Assembly (NCBI GenBank): GCA_048887225.1
Contig: JBHLJY010000006.1
Span: 1-64,000, forward strand
Length of the DNA: 64,000 nt
From: Candidatus Hodarchaeota archaeon
GTDB lineage: Archaea > Asgardarchaeota > Lokiarchaeia > Sigyniarchaeales > SOKP01
Direction: 5' to 3'
Positions 28,666-37,467 of the stretch are shown piece by piece; the first letter of the stretch is position 1, and the number at the start of each line of letters is the position of its first letter. Made by a program: the position numbers and the translations under genes. The notes beneath the pieces are model-generated. The model searched no databases and had not been told where the DNA came from. It was given only the letters and a program-made list of their open reading frames with translations.

Positions 28666-29193
28666 ATGACTGTTCGCTTACTTTTCAAAATAATAGTTGT
28701 TGGAGATGGCGGTGTGGGAAAATCCACCATGATCCAACGATTAACAACTGAACAATTTATTCCAATGAAAATCACGATTGGGACCGATTTAATCAGTCAT
28801 GATGTACCATTAAGCGATACTGAAACGGCAAAATTGCAGATTTGGGATTTTGGTGGAGAGAAACGATTCCGATTCTTTTTACCTAACTATTGTCGAGGTG
28901 CAGCTGGCTGTTTACTATGTTATGATATTACAAGCTTTAAAAGCTTAAAAAATTTAGATGAATGGTATAATATCGTAAAAGAAAACACTGTAGATCCGAT
29001 TTTTATATTAGTTGGACAAAAACATGATTTAGCAGAAGAAAAGAGATCTGTATTTCCTTCAGACGGTTTAAAATTTCAAGAAAAATATGAGATACCCTAT
29101 TTTTATGAAACTTCTTCTAAATCTGGTTATAATAACAAAATAATTTTTGAAAACCTAACGAAAGCAATTATTGAAAAAAGGAATCTATTATAA
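28666..29193 (+). CDS. Rab-like small GTPase
   Basis: FKIIVVGDGGVGKS, TIGTD, KLQIWDFGGEKRFR, YCRGA, GQKHDL, ETSSK; no C-terminal Cys. Confidence 0.92.
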   Translation: MTVRLLFKIIVVGDGGVGKSTMIQRLTTEQFIPMKITIGTDLISHDVPLSDTETAKLQIWDFGGEKRFRFFLPNYCRGAAGCLLCYDITSFKSLKNLDEWYNIVKENTVDPIFILVGQKHDLAEEKRSVFPSDGLKFQEKYEIPYFYETSSKSGYNNKIIFENLTKAIIEKRNLL

Positions 29194-29240
29194 GATTCTT
29201 AAAAAATTAAAAAAAAAATTGATTAATTTTTGAGAATTGT

Positions 29241-30182
29241 TTAATCCTCAAGAAGCTCTCTAATTTCCTCAATATTGAGTTTTAAATATTTTGCTGAAAC
29301 TAAATCTCTTCCTATAAGATTTTTAAAGTTCTTTTTACGCTTTTTATTGATAAATTCTTTCATTTTGCTAAGATCGGGATTAGCATTACTGATTTCAATA
29401 AGATTCATTTCTTTTGCTGCATCAACTAGTTTTTGACCAATATCAGTTCTAATGATTAACATTGCTTCATCTTTATTTTCTGCACCCCACGGCGAGTAAG
29501 AAAGATCTGAAAATTCACCAGAAAAATCGGTACAATATCTACAGCCCGCCATACCTCCCGAGGAACAAGCAAATGCTATCCTTAATGACGTTCTTTCTGC
29601 ACCAGTATTAAAATCACTTATTAAGATTTTTGCTAATCCTTGTAAATGACAAGGATTCGCAATTATACCAATGTCTCTTTTTTTATCCAAGTAAGCTTGA
29701 CCAATTCCCGTTATTAATGGACCTGCATTGTCCATAGTATTTTTAGGGATCAAATCTTTTGCATCATTAGCACTATCTATGACTTCTGGGAATGCTACGG
29801 GCGGTTTTTTACTTTTAGGTTTTCCGATTACTAAATGTTTAATCATGTCCTTTTCAAAAGCCGCCGAAACAAGATTATATAATATATTCTCATTATTTTT
29901 TGACTTAACTTGAATGATATCTTTATAAACACCTATAGCTAAATCCACGCGAGTCTGCCCAAATAATTCTGTTTCAATTTCGCTAACGGGAAGAAAACTT
30001 CTTGGACATGCATTATAACAAAGACCAACTGTTTCAGTACATTCGTCAACTACATACGCTTCCCCAGTTTTCCGATCGAAATCCATATGCGGACAAAAAG
30101 CATTGCATGAACCGCAGTGGATACAGAGTCCTGCGTAAATCACTTCATTTTCTAAATCTTGTGAACATTTTTCGACTTTCAT
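29241..30182 (-). CDS. Coenzyme F420 hydrogenase/dehydrogenase beta-subunit-like (FrhB/FdhB) protein with N-terminal ferredoxin
   Basis: CIHCGSCNAFCP, CYNACPR, NPCH, GCRYCTDFSGEFSDLS, IIRTDIG. Confidence 0.8.
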   Translation of the reverse strand: MKVEKCSQDLENEVIYAGLCIHCGSCNAFCPHMDFDRKTGEAYVVDECTETVGLCYNACPRSFLPVSEIETELFGQTRVDLAIGVYKDIIQVKSKNNENILYNLVSAAFEKDMIKHLVIGKPKSKKPPVAFPEVIDSANDAKDLIPKNTMDNAGPLITGIGQAYLDKKRDIGIIANPCHLQGLAKILISDFNTGAERTSLRIAFACSSGGMAGCRYCTDFSGEFSDLSYSPWGAENKDEAMLIIRTDIGQKLVDAAKEMNLIEISNANPDLSKMKEFINKKRKKNFKNLIGRDLVSAKYLKLNIEEIRELLED

Positions 30183-30215
30183 TTAACCTAAGCTCATTTT
30201 AGTTTTTTCTTTATG

Positions 30216-30497
30216 TTATTTTAAAAAACGACTACATGTATTATCCATTTTTTTTATAATATGTTCTCGATCTTTCCAACTTACCCAGCTATTTCCTACT
30301 TTTTCAAAATGAAATCCACAGTATTCTTCTTTTAATAATTTTTCAAGTACTTTTTTTATATAACTCCAAGATAATCCAGTCTTATCAACAATCTCTTGTA
30401 TACCCACAGGATGATTAATATTAAGCTTTTTATTAAAGAAATTTATAATTTTTTCGAATCCTGATAATGGAATTATATCTGGAGTTTCAGAAGTTAT
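30216..30497 (-). CDS. Small winged-HTH protein, probably starting at ATA
   Basis: IQEIVDKTGLSWSYIKKVLEKL helix-turn-helix. The frame is open 32 codons upstream of the GTG at 30407, and AGGTG lies 9 nt before the ATA at 30497. Confidence 0.7.
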   Translation of the reverse strand: MTSETPDIIPLSGFEKIINFFNKKLNINHPVGIQEIVDKTGLSWSYIKKVLEKLLKEEYCGFHFEKVGNSWVSWKDREHIIKKMDNTCSRFLK

Positions 30498-30586
30498 AGC
30501 AAATTACACCTAAATTATATTTTTTTTTAAAATAACATATTTTTTCTTAATTATTAATATGTAAAATTAAGCTTATCATTTAAAGT

Positions 30587-30606
30587 TGGTGTGAAATTTC
30601 ACACCA
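30587..30606. promoter_or_regulatory. Perfect 20-bp palindrome TGGTGTGAAATTTCACACCA
   Basis: Self-complementary; ~90 bp upstream of the wHTH-frhB-like pair. Confidence 0.75.
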
Positions 30607-30721
30607 TATGGATTTTCTTAAACCATTAAAGTTTTTTTCCAATTTCAGAAAATCATAATGGATAGAATATTTTTTTATATTTGAAACAAGATTTTAAAAA
30701 ATAAAAAGAGTGTCATATAAT

Positions 30722-31912
30722 TTATTTTCTCATTTTTACGAACCTGCCAGATTTCATTAACTCACAGGGTTTAAAATATTCTTTCCCAGATTTCTTTACA
30801 AAATCCTCTAATAATTTTGACCATTTTTTGTAATTTCTTTTACCAGGACCAAACGGACCAGGCATACTCATTCCGGCTAACATCGTATCGTCAATAACCT
30901 TGTATCCAGAAACGATACCTTCCTCTAAAAGTCTACAACCTTCATTTAATTGAAACGCCATGAATAGGTCGAGATCAATAAGATTTGCTTTTTCTGCTTT
31001 ATGTATTACGGGGTTACCATTTTCCGTCCACTCATAGAAGCCTTTTCCAGTTTTCTTTCCTAAGTTCCCTTCATGAACTAGTTTGGTAAGAGCTTTACTG
31101 GGAGCAAAATCTGGAGAGAGAACCTCTTCAAAATATTTTGAAGTGTTATAAACTGTATCTAATCCTAAATAATCTAATCTTGCACAGGGACCTAATTCTT
31201 GTAGATCTTCAACATCAGCATCAAGGCGCTCCCAGGGAATTCCTTTTTTCATTGCTTCATCAAGGACCCAGTTTAAATACGCCCCACTTGCTATATTTAA
31301 TCTATTTACTATAAATCCCGGGCACTCTTTTTCAATTCGTGCAATAAATCTTTTTCCTCTAATGCATGGAAGGTTCTGACCAACTGAAATAGTAATTTCC
31401 ATGGTTTCTTCAGATGTTTTCTTTCCTTTAATTACTTCAATCAATCTTAAAACTGGAATAGGGATAAAGTAATGCATTCCTACAACTTTATTTGGTCTAC
31501 TGCAACCTTCAGCAATTTTAGAAATGCTCATAGTAGAAGTATTTGTTGCTAAAACTGAGTGTTCAGGAGCATGTCGTCCTAATTTTTTGAATATATCTTG
31601 TTTAAGGGCCATTATTTCTGGGATTGCTTCAACAATAAAATCTGCGTTTTCTACGGTCTTAATTAAATCTAATTCTTCAATGAGGTTACTCATAAGAAAA
31701 TCAGTGGTAAGATCTTGATTTAATTTACCTTTTGATTCAAGTTTTTTCAGACCGTTTTTGATGTAAAGTACCGCATTTTTGAGTACGTTATGTTTAATGT
31801 CGTTCAAAATAACTTTTTCAAAACCCGCCATAAGGGCAACTTGTGCGATTTCTCGACCCATTGTTCCTGCACCAATAACTGCAAATACCTTAATTTTGCT
31901 AATATCGGCCAT
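30722..31912 (-). CDS. 3-hydroxyacyl-CoA dehydrogenase (duplicated C-terminal domain)
   Basis: GAGTMG, EAIPE, ATNTS, GMHYF, PGFIVNR, GKKTGKGFY. Confidence 0.92.
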   Translation of the reverse strand: MADISKIKVFAVIGAGTMGREIAQVALMAGFEKVILNDIKHNVLKNAVLYIKNGLKKLESKGKLNQDLTTDFLMSNLIEELDLIKTVENADFIVEAIPEIMALKQDIFKKLGRHAPEHSVLATNTSTMSISKIAEGCSRPNKVVGMHYFIPIPVLRLIEVIKGKKTSEETMEITISVGQNLPCIRGKRFIARIEKECPGFIVNRLNIASGAYLNWVLDEAMKKGIPWERLDADVEDLQELGPCARLDYLGLDTVYNTSKYFEEVLSPDFAPSKALTKLVHEGNLGKKTGKGFYEWTENGNPVIHKAEKANLIDLDLFMAFQLNEGCRLLEEGIVSGYKVIDDTMLAGMSMPGPFGPGKRNYKKWSKLLEDFVKKSGKEYFKPCELMKSGRFVKMRK

Positions 31913-31942
31913 ATTTATTCAATTAATTAGAGTAATTTAACT

Positions 31943-33019
31943 TTAAGAAGTTAGGATTATGACTATATACCACGAGAGCAGCATTGTACCTATCCCAAGA
32001 AATATTGAAATCGGGAGGCCGGGTAAGATCTTATTTCTTTTTAATCCTTGAATAGTAATGCCAGTTCCGATTATTATAGCAATGGCTGTTAAAATCATTA
32101 CTATTAAATTGCCAGTAATAATAAGTGCACTCGTTGTAAGCATGCTATAAAATGCTAAATCACCTACTCCAATTTCTACTTTTGAGGTTTCATATATAGC
32201 CTCGCCACTCTTAATTCTCTCTTTTAATTCATCCTCCGATAATCCTTCCTTAAGATTATTTTGGGATACAATATCAATCATTTTTTTTATTGGCCCTTGT
32301 TTTGCTTTCACAGCATAAATGTCCCATAGCGAGAATCCAATTAATATAGCTAAAGTGGTCCATAATGGCATAATGACTCCAAACATAGCTCCAACTAAAA
32401 AACCTACATATAAAACAAAGAAATTTTTAGTAAAATAAGATGTTGTAGTAAAATATTTATAAACCATAAAAATTATAAAAGCTCCAGAGCCGAATAAAAG
32501 AATATAATTAACAATGATATAAGTTATAACAATGATTTCGCTCTCTGGTAAATTATAAAAAATTAGATATGATATAATTTCAGCGAAGAAATAAGTTAAA
32601 ATAAACCCAAGAAATCCAAAAGAAAAACCAAAAACATATCTTAAAACACCTATTCCAAACTTTTTCACTAAATAAATTATTATGAAAGAAGATATTGCTG
32701 CAACTAAAACAAATATTAACCCGTTTATTAGACCAGCAGTTAACCCATATTCCTCTTCTGAAATATAACCACCTTCAACTTGAACGCCTGCTAATACATA
32801 AGTTGCATAAGCTAAAAAACCCGCACAAATAACTGCTATAATAATAGGAATTGGATATAAGTTGCGAGAAATCCTAAAAGTTGGAAAAAAATGTGGAATA
32901 AAATCTTTTTCGATAATTTCCTTTTCATCTTCTTTTTCAGCTAATGTAGTTTTTAATTTTTCTCGTTCAGATTCTATTTCAATTGAATAGTCATCTGTAT
33001 CATCCGGTATATCTGACAT
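31943..33019 (-). CDS. Presenilin-type intramembrane aspartyl protease (A22)
   Basis: [20 protein letters not shown]...[29 protein letters not shown]; ~9 TM. Confidence 0.88.
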   Translation of the reverse strand: [358 protein letters not shown]

Positions 33020-33154
33020 AATAATAAAAGAGGTTTATTTTAATATTATATAAATTAATTTAATATATCTTTAATGACTTAAAAAGTATGAAATAATAAA
33101 TTAAATATATCACGAATTGAAAAACCTAAGAAATAACACGATTTCTTAAAAAAG

Positions 33155-34396
33155 TTAGAATCCTACTCTTGGTATGTGTTTGACAAACTCTTTCACTACT
33201 TCTACTCGCTCTTTCCTTTCTTTATTATAATATCTTAGCGGATACAATTCATCAATTACAAATTTATACAGTTTAATCCAATTTTCAGCAACATTACTGA
33301 CTCTGTAATTTTCAGCTATTCTTTTAGCATTTTTTCCAAATTCTTCCCTAAGTTCGTCGTCTTTAAACAATTTAACTACGTAATTTGAAAACTGATCTAA
33401 ATTATCCGCAAGATATCCCGTTTCTCCGTGCCTTATTACATCTTGGATACCAAGTGCGTTAGCACCAACGCAAGGACTTCCTTGGGCCATGGCTTCAATA
33501 AGTACAAGCCCTTCAGCTTCAACCCAACTCCACAGACATGTAAGATCTGCCGTGTTAAATAACTTCAATAAATCGTTGAATGGTACTCTTCCAGCACAAC
33601 TAACGTAATCTGATTTTCTTGCTAGTCGTTTTACATGTTTAGTAGAAGGGCCCTCACTACCTACTATTAATAAATGAGAGTCTGGTACTTTTTTATGAAT
33701 TTGTTTGAATTTTTTAATAACGCTTACCATGTGTTTTTCGGGAGACATTCGGGAAGCATATAGCAATAGTTTATCATTGGGAGCTATATCGTATTTCTCT
33801 CGGATACCATTTTCCTTTAAATTTTGAAAATAATGATCGTGTATTCCATTTGTAAAGTAAATAATTGGTTCTTTGAATTTATGATCTCTTAATTGTTGCT
33901 TTTTAGATTTAGTAGCAACATGTATTAAATCGTATTTATCAAGTATATGGCGTTCGTATCGCCAAGTTATATCCGACTTCATTATTAATTTGCCGATTAT
34001 GGGAAAATATTGTCCAGCGTAAAATTGAAGAGGAGAGTTGTGAGTTGCACACATAGGAATTCCAAGATATTTTGACCAATTAATCGCCATACTTCCAATG
34101 GTAGTATGGGTAAATATATGAGACACATTTAGATAATCGTGTTGGCAAAAGAAATATTTATGAAGAGGGGCGCTTAGAACAAATTCAGTTTTACCACAGA
34201 GTCTTGCACCACCAAGATTATGATAATGTAAATGTTTAGGTTTATCATGTCCATTTGTGATTTTTGGCGCAAAAACATGGACATTATGTCCTGTCTTAGC
34301 AATCGCTTCGCTAAGAAATCTGCAAGCATGAGCGGTACCATTGACTTGTGAGTACATGATTGAAAAGAATCCTATATCAAGTACTTGTTTTACCAT
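33155..34396 (-). CDS. GT4 glycosyltransferase (glycolipid synthase-like)
   Basis: QVNG, RMSPEK, EAEGLVLIEAMAQG, GETGYL. Confidence 0.88.
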   Translation of the reverse strand: MVKQVLDIGFFSIMYSQVNGTAHACRFLSEAIAKTGHNVHVFAPKITNGHDKPKHLHYHNLGGARLCGKTEFVLSAPLHKYFFCQHDYLNVSHIFTHTTIGSMAINWSKYLGIPMCATHNSPLQFYAGQYFPIIGKLIMKSDITWRYERHILDKYDLIHVATKSKKQQLRDHKFKEPIIYFTNGIHDHYFQNLKENGIREKYDIAPNDKLLLYASRMSPEKHMVSVIKKFKQIHKKVPDSHLLIVGSEGPSTKHVKRLARKSDYVSCAGRVPFNDLLKLFNTADLTCLWSWVEAEGLVLIEAMAQGSPCVGANALGIQDVIRHGETGYLADNLDQFSNYVVKLFKDDELREEFGKNAKRIAENYRVSNVAENWIKLYKFVIDELYPLRYYNKERKERVEVVKEFVKHIPRVGF

Positions 34397-34606
34397 GGTA
34401 GGGGCTCAGAAAAAATTGATCGATCTTTGATAAATTAGAGTTATAATTTTATCTAGAAGACTATCGATTTAAATAAATCTATTTATTAAAAAATTAAGAA
34501 CTTTTTAATAAGAGAACATTTTTAATAATTTTCTATTTAATTTTAGAAGCTTTCTTTTATATAAAAATCAAAAAATTTTTTTGACTTCCATGATTTGTCA
34601 TGAAAT

Positions 34607-34768
34607 ATGGAAAAGAAAATTATCGATGAAATAATAAAACAAAGAAGATTACCCTATTCTATTGAAATAATAGATATTCAAGGAGATAAGTATACGGTTC
34701 GCAATAATTTCGGGAGCACAATTAAATATATAAAGAAAGGAGATAAATTTATTCCAGAGGAGGAATAG
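34607..34768 (+). CDS. Small 53-aa hypothetical protein (below ORF-track cutoff)
   Basis: MEKKIIDEIIKQRRLPYSIEIIDIQGDKYTVRNNFGSTIKYIKKGDKFIPEEE*; purine-rich coding-like composition inside an AT-rich spacer. Confidence 0.65.
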   Translation: MEKKIIDEIIKQRRLPYSIEIIDIQGDKYTVRNNFGSTIKYIKKGDKFIPEEE

Positions 34769-35065
34769 AAAAAACATCATCATTTATTTTTAATTAATTA
34801 ATAATTTCTACTCCAAAAAAATATCTTTCTAAGAATAAATTTAGGCTTGTTTATATCCGAGTCAAAATGCCAAACAATAAACTCAGTTCATTGTGTATTG
34901 GAATAACAAAAAGAGAGATATTAATTCAATTTTTATGTTTTTGTGATGTATGTTTCAGATTAATGAGATTTTTTTGAAATAGTGTATTAATAATATAAAG
35001 TAGATAATAATTTAAGACAAAATTTTCTTATTTAAAATAAGAATATTTTTTTTTAATTAATAAAA

Positions 35066-36157
35066 ATGCGGCGTCGACGAGTAAGGTCAGGAGATTCTGC
35101 TTCTAAAGAAGTTGAGAAGTTTCGGGCAGTTGTTAATGATAATACATCTTTATCAATTTTTAACAAGGGAGGGGACCGTTCATATGTTGTTATTCGCAAA
35201 GACCTGACAAAAGAGTATGAGATAGATGTGCAACCATCTGAAGCTCCAATTTTAAATAAAGTGTTAAACGAGCCTGAACCATATGAAAGCTCATGTGCAG
35301 ATATAAAAATCTTAGAAGACGCTGTATTCCCTGTAAATAACGCAATCAAAAAAGTATTTGGAGATAATAAGGATCTTAAATTACATAGAATTAAATTGGC
35401 GATTGGTGGAAACAAAAACGATTACGCTACAATAGAAGAACAGGATTTGAGAAAATTTGATGTCAAGCCTACGCTTGATGGGTTAATGGATTTTATTAAG
35501 GAAAATCACGAAAGTATATTAGGATTCTTAGATCGAGAATATATTAACGAAGAGGGAAATCTAATATATATAAGTTGCGGAAAAAAGAGTGTTTCCGATA
35601 ATATTTTTTCAATCAAATTGAAAATTTTAGCTTCAATGCATCAAAGAGGATTTTTTCTTCAACAAGAGCACAAGTACTATGGTCTGCAACTCTATATTAT
35701 TATTGAATCAAGAAAAACTGATGATGATAAATTATTAGAGTTATTAAAAGAGCTTGAAATCGACTGGGAATTAATATTTTTTAGAAGGCGATTAGCAATC
35801 CATGATTGGACAGAAATTGAGTGTGAAAGAAATTCTGAAAATTTGAAAAATTATTTACGCTCCAAACATGAAACTTTAAACTATTTTGACGTAAACAACA
35901 TCACCCGATTAATAGTTAAAAATCAACTACCTTTTATTGTAGCAGACAAAATGGCTTCATTGTTATATCAAATGAAAGCTGAGCGATCTACTCAATATCA
36001 AGAGGATGGATATTCAATAACTTTAAAAAAAGCTGAAATAGCTGCGGCAGCAAGACTTGCTTGTGCATATTTAGGAATTCAAGTAGAAATACAATTTGAT
36101 CGGGATATTTCTATAGAAGAAATTCTTAAATATGAGGAGGAACTCACTAATATGTAA
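35066..36157 (+). CDS. Hypothetical protein with C-terminal TFIIB/cyclin-like repeat
   Basis: 363-aa ORF; ITRLIVKNQLPFIVADKMASLL...EIAAAARLACAYLGI resembles a TFB cyclin-fold repeat. Confidence 0.65.
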   Translation: MRRRRVRSGDSASKEVEKFRAVVNDNTSLSIFNKGGDRSYVVIRKDLTKEYEIDVQPSEAPILNKVLNEPEPYESSCADIKILEDAVFPVNNAIKKVFGDNKDLKLHRIKLAIGGNKNDYATIEEQDLRKFDVKPTLDGLMDFIKENHESILGFLDREYINEEGNLIYISCGKKSVSDNIFSIKLKILASMHQRGFFLQQEHKYYGLQLYIIIESRKTDDDKLLELLKELEIDWELIFFRRRLAIHDWTEIECERNSENLKNYLRSKHETLNYFDVNNITRLIVKNQLPFIVADKMASLLYQMKAERSTQYQEDGYSITLKKAEIAAAARLACAYLGIQVEIQFDRDISIEEILKYEEELTNM

Positions 36158-36230
36158 ATAATCTTTATTTCTGAAAATAAAGTAAAAAAAAATTTAATTT
36201 CTTTTCTAAGAAAAAAAATAAATCTTTTTT

Positions 36231-37226
36231 TTAACCTAATCCATAAGATTGTTTTAATAATTCGTGATTTTTTTCTCCTACGGTTATACTATTCCCAGTT
36301 TTTACATTATTTACATGATATATTGCTGGAGCAAATAATCCTGGGTCAATTTTGTAGAAATCATAATTAGCTTCTTTAAAGATCTCATTGAATGGTTTTC
36401 CATAACTTGGCGATTGATTAGCGGGAGCGGTTTTAATAAGTTCAAATAAATGTTCTTCCTTTTCTTTTTCAGCATTTATAGTATAAAAGGTTGTACCAGC
36501 TGCAATAATAGAGTCGTTTGTAAACCCCATTGCCGCAAAATCATCTTTAGCTATTGGGGCAATGGGTGCAATTCCCAAACCATCTCGTATAACTTCTAAT
36601 GGAAAATGTAGTTCATGGAGTTTATGTATACCTGTTTCAACTACTCTCGCAGAGACTTGAATTGAACCTGTTAAACAGGCAGTGGGGGCACATACAGCAT
36701 AAGTCTTGCTTGCTTCTACTTTGCATTTCTTTGTAATTATCTCCATAACTTCTTCATTGGGCATTTTTCTTGTTTCGAAGACAATTACGGCACAATCCGA
36801 ATCGTCTTTATATTCGATTTCTTCAAATAAATTTTCGACTTTAGCTTTTGCTCGAGCCGGTCCAGAACCTAAGGATTGAAATACAACTTTTTTTTTCATT
36901 TTTCCGTCTTTTTCTATTTCTTTCTTTAATTTTATACTCCAGCCGGCTAATTGAGAGGCCATGCAAGAAATGATTGGCTCTGAAGTATTTACATTAACAG
37001 CATCTAGGATATGCCCATCTAATTCATAAGAACTAAATTCTACAGAGCCTAAACCCCCCATGCAAACCTCAGCTACGAGTTTTCCACCAATACGAGATGC
37101 TTTTGTACAATCTATAACTGTGGCACCGCTTCTTAATTCAATTACTTCAATATCATAATTTTCTTTATTATCAATTAACTTTTTCACCAACTCTAAAGCG
37201 AGTTCATTAATTTTTACCTCACGCAT
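36231..37226 (-). CDS. mch: Methenyltetrahydromethanopterin cyclohydrolase
   Basis: EVCMGGLG, CMASQLAGW, GSGPARA, GSIQVSARVVETGIHKL, YGKPF, DFYKIDPGLFAPA. Confidence 0.95.
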   Translation of the reverse strand: MREVKINELALELVKKLIDNKENYDIEVIELRSGATVIDCTKASRIGGKLVAEVCMGGLGSVEFSSYELDGHILDAVNVNTSEPIISCMASQLAGWSIKLKKEIEKDGKMKKKVVFQSLGSGPARAKAKVENLFEEIEYKDDSDCAVIVFETRKMPNEEVMEIITKKCKVEASKTYAVCAPTACLTGSIQVSARVVETGIHKLHELHFPLEVIRDGLGIAPIAPIAKDDFAAMGFTNDSIIAAGTTFYTINAEKEKEEHLFELIKTAPANQSPSYGKPFNEIFKEANYDFYKIDPGLFAPAIYHVNNVKTGNSITVGEKNHELLKQSYGLG

Positions 37227-37467
37227 CTTCTTTCACTGAGACATTTGTTTTTTATACTTTTTTAGATATAATGACTATTAAACATCTAATTTTAAAAATT
37301 GATAGTAACATAAAAATTTATAAACATTATTTTAATTGATAAGATCTAGAACGTCGTTTAAACATTTTTCTAAGTTTTAGCATTCAATTAATAAAAATTT
37401 TGAAATAATTTTTGGATTATTAAATATATTTAAATATATATTATTGAAGTAGAATTTTAGAGAAACT

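Noticed and set aside
29241-30182. Selenocysteine readthrough in the FrhB-like gene (also considered for OsmC and cdhA)
   Set aside because: The ORFs are complete, with Cys at the motif positions and no in-frame TGA needing recoding; no SECIS was recognised.
34867-34977. 36-aa Cys-containing ORF
   Set aside because: T-rich non-coding-like composition and no SD; probably chance.
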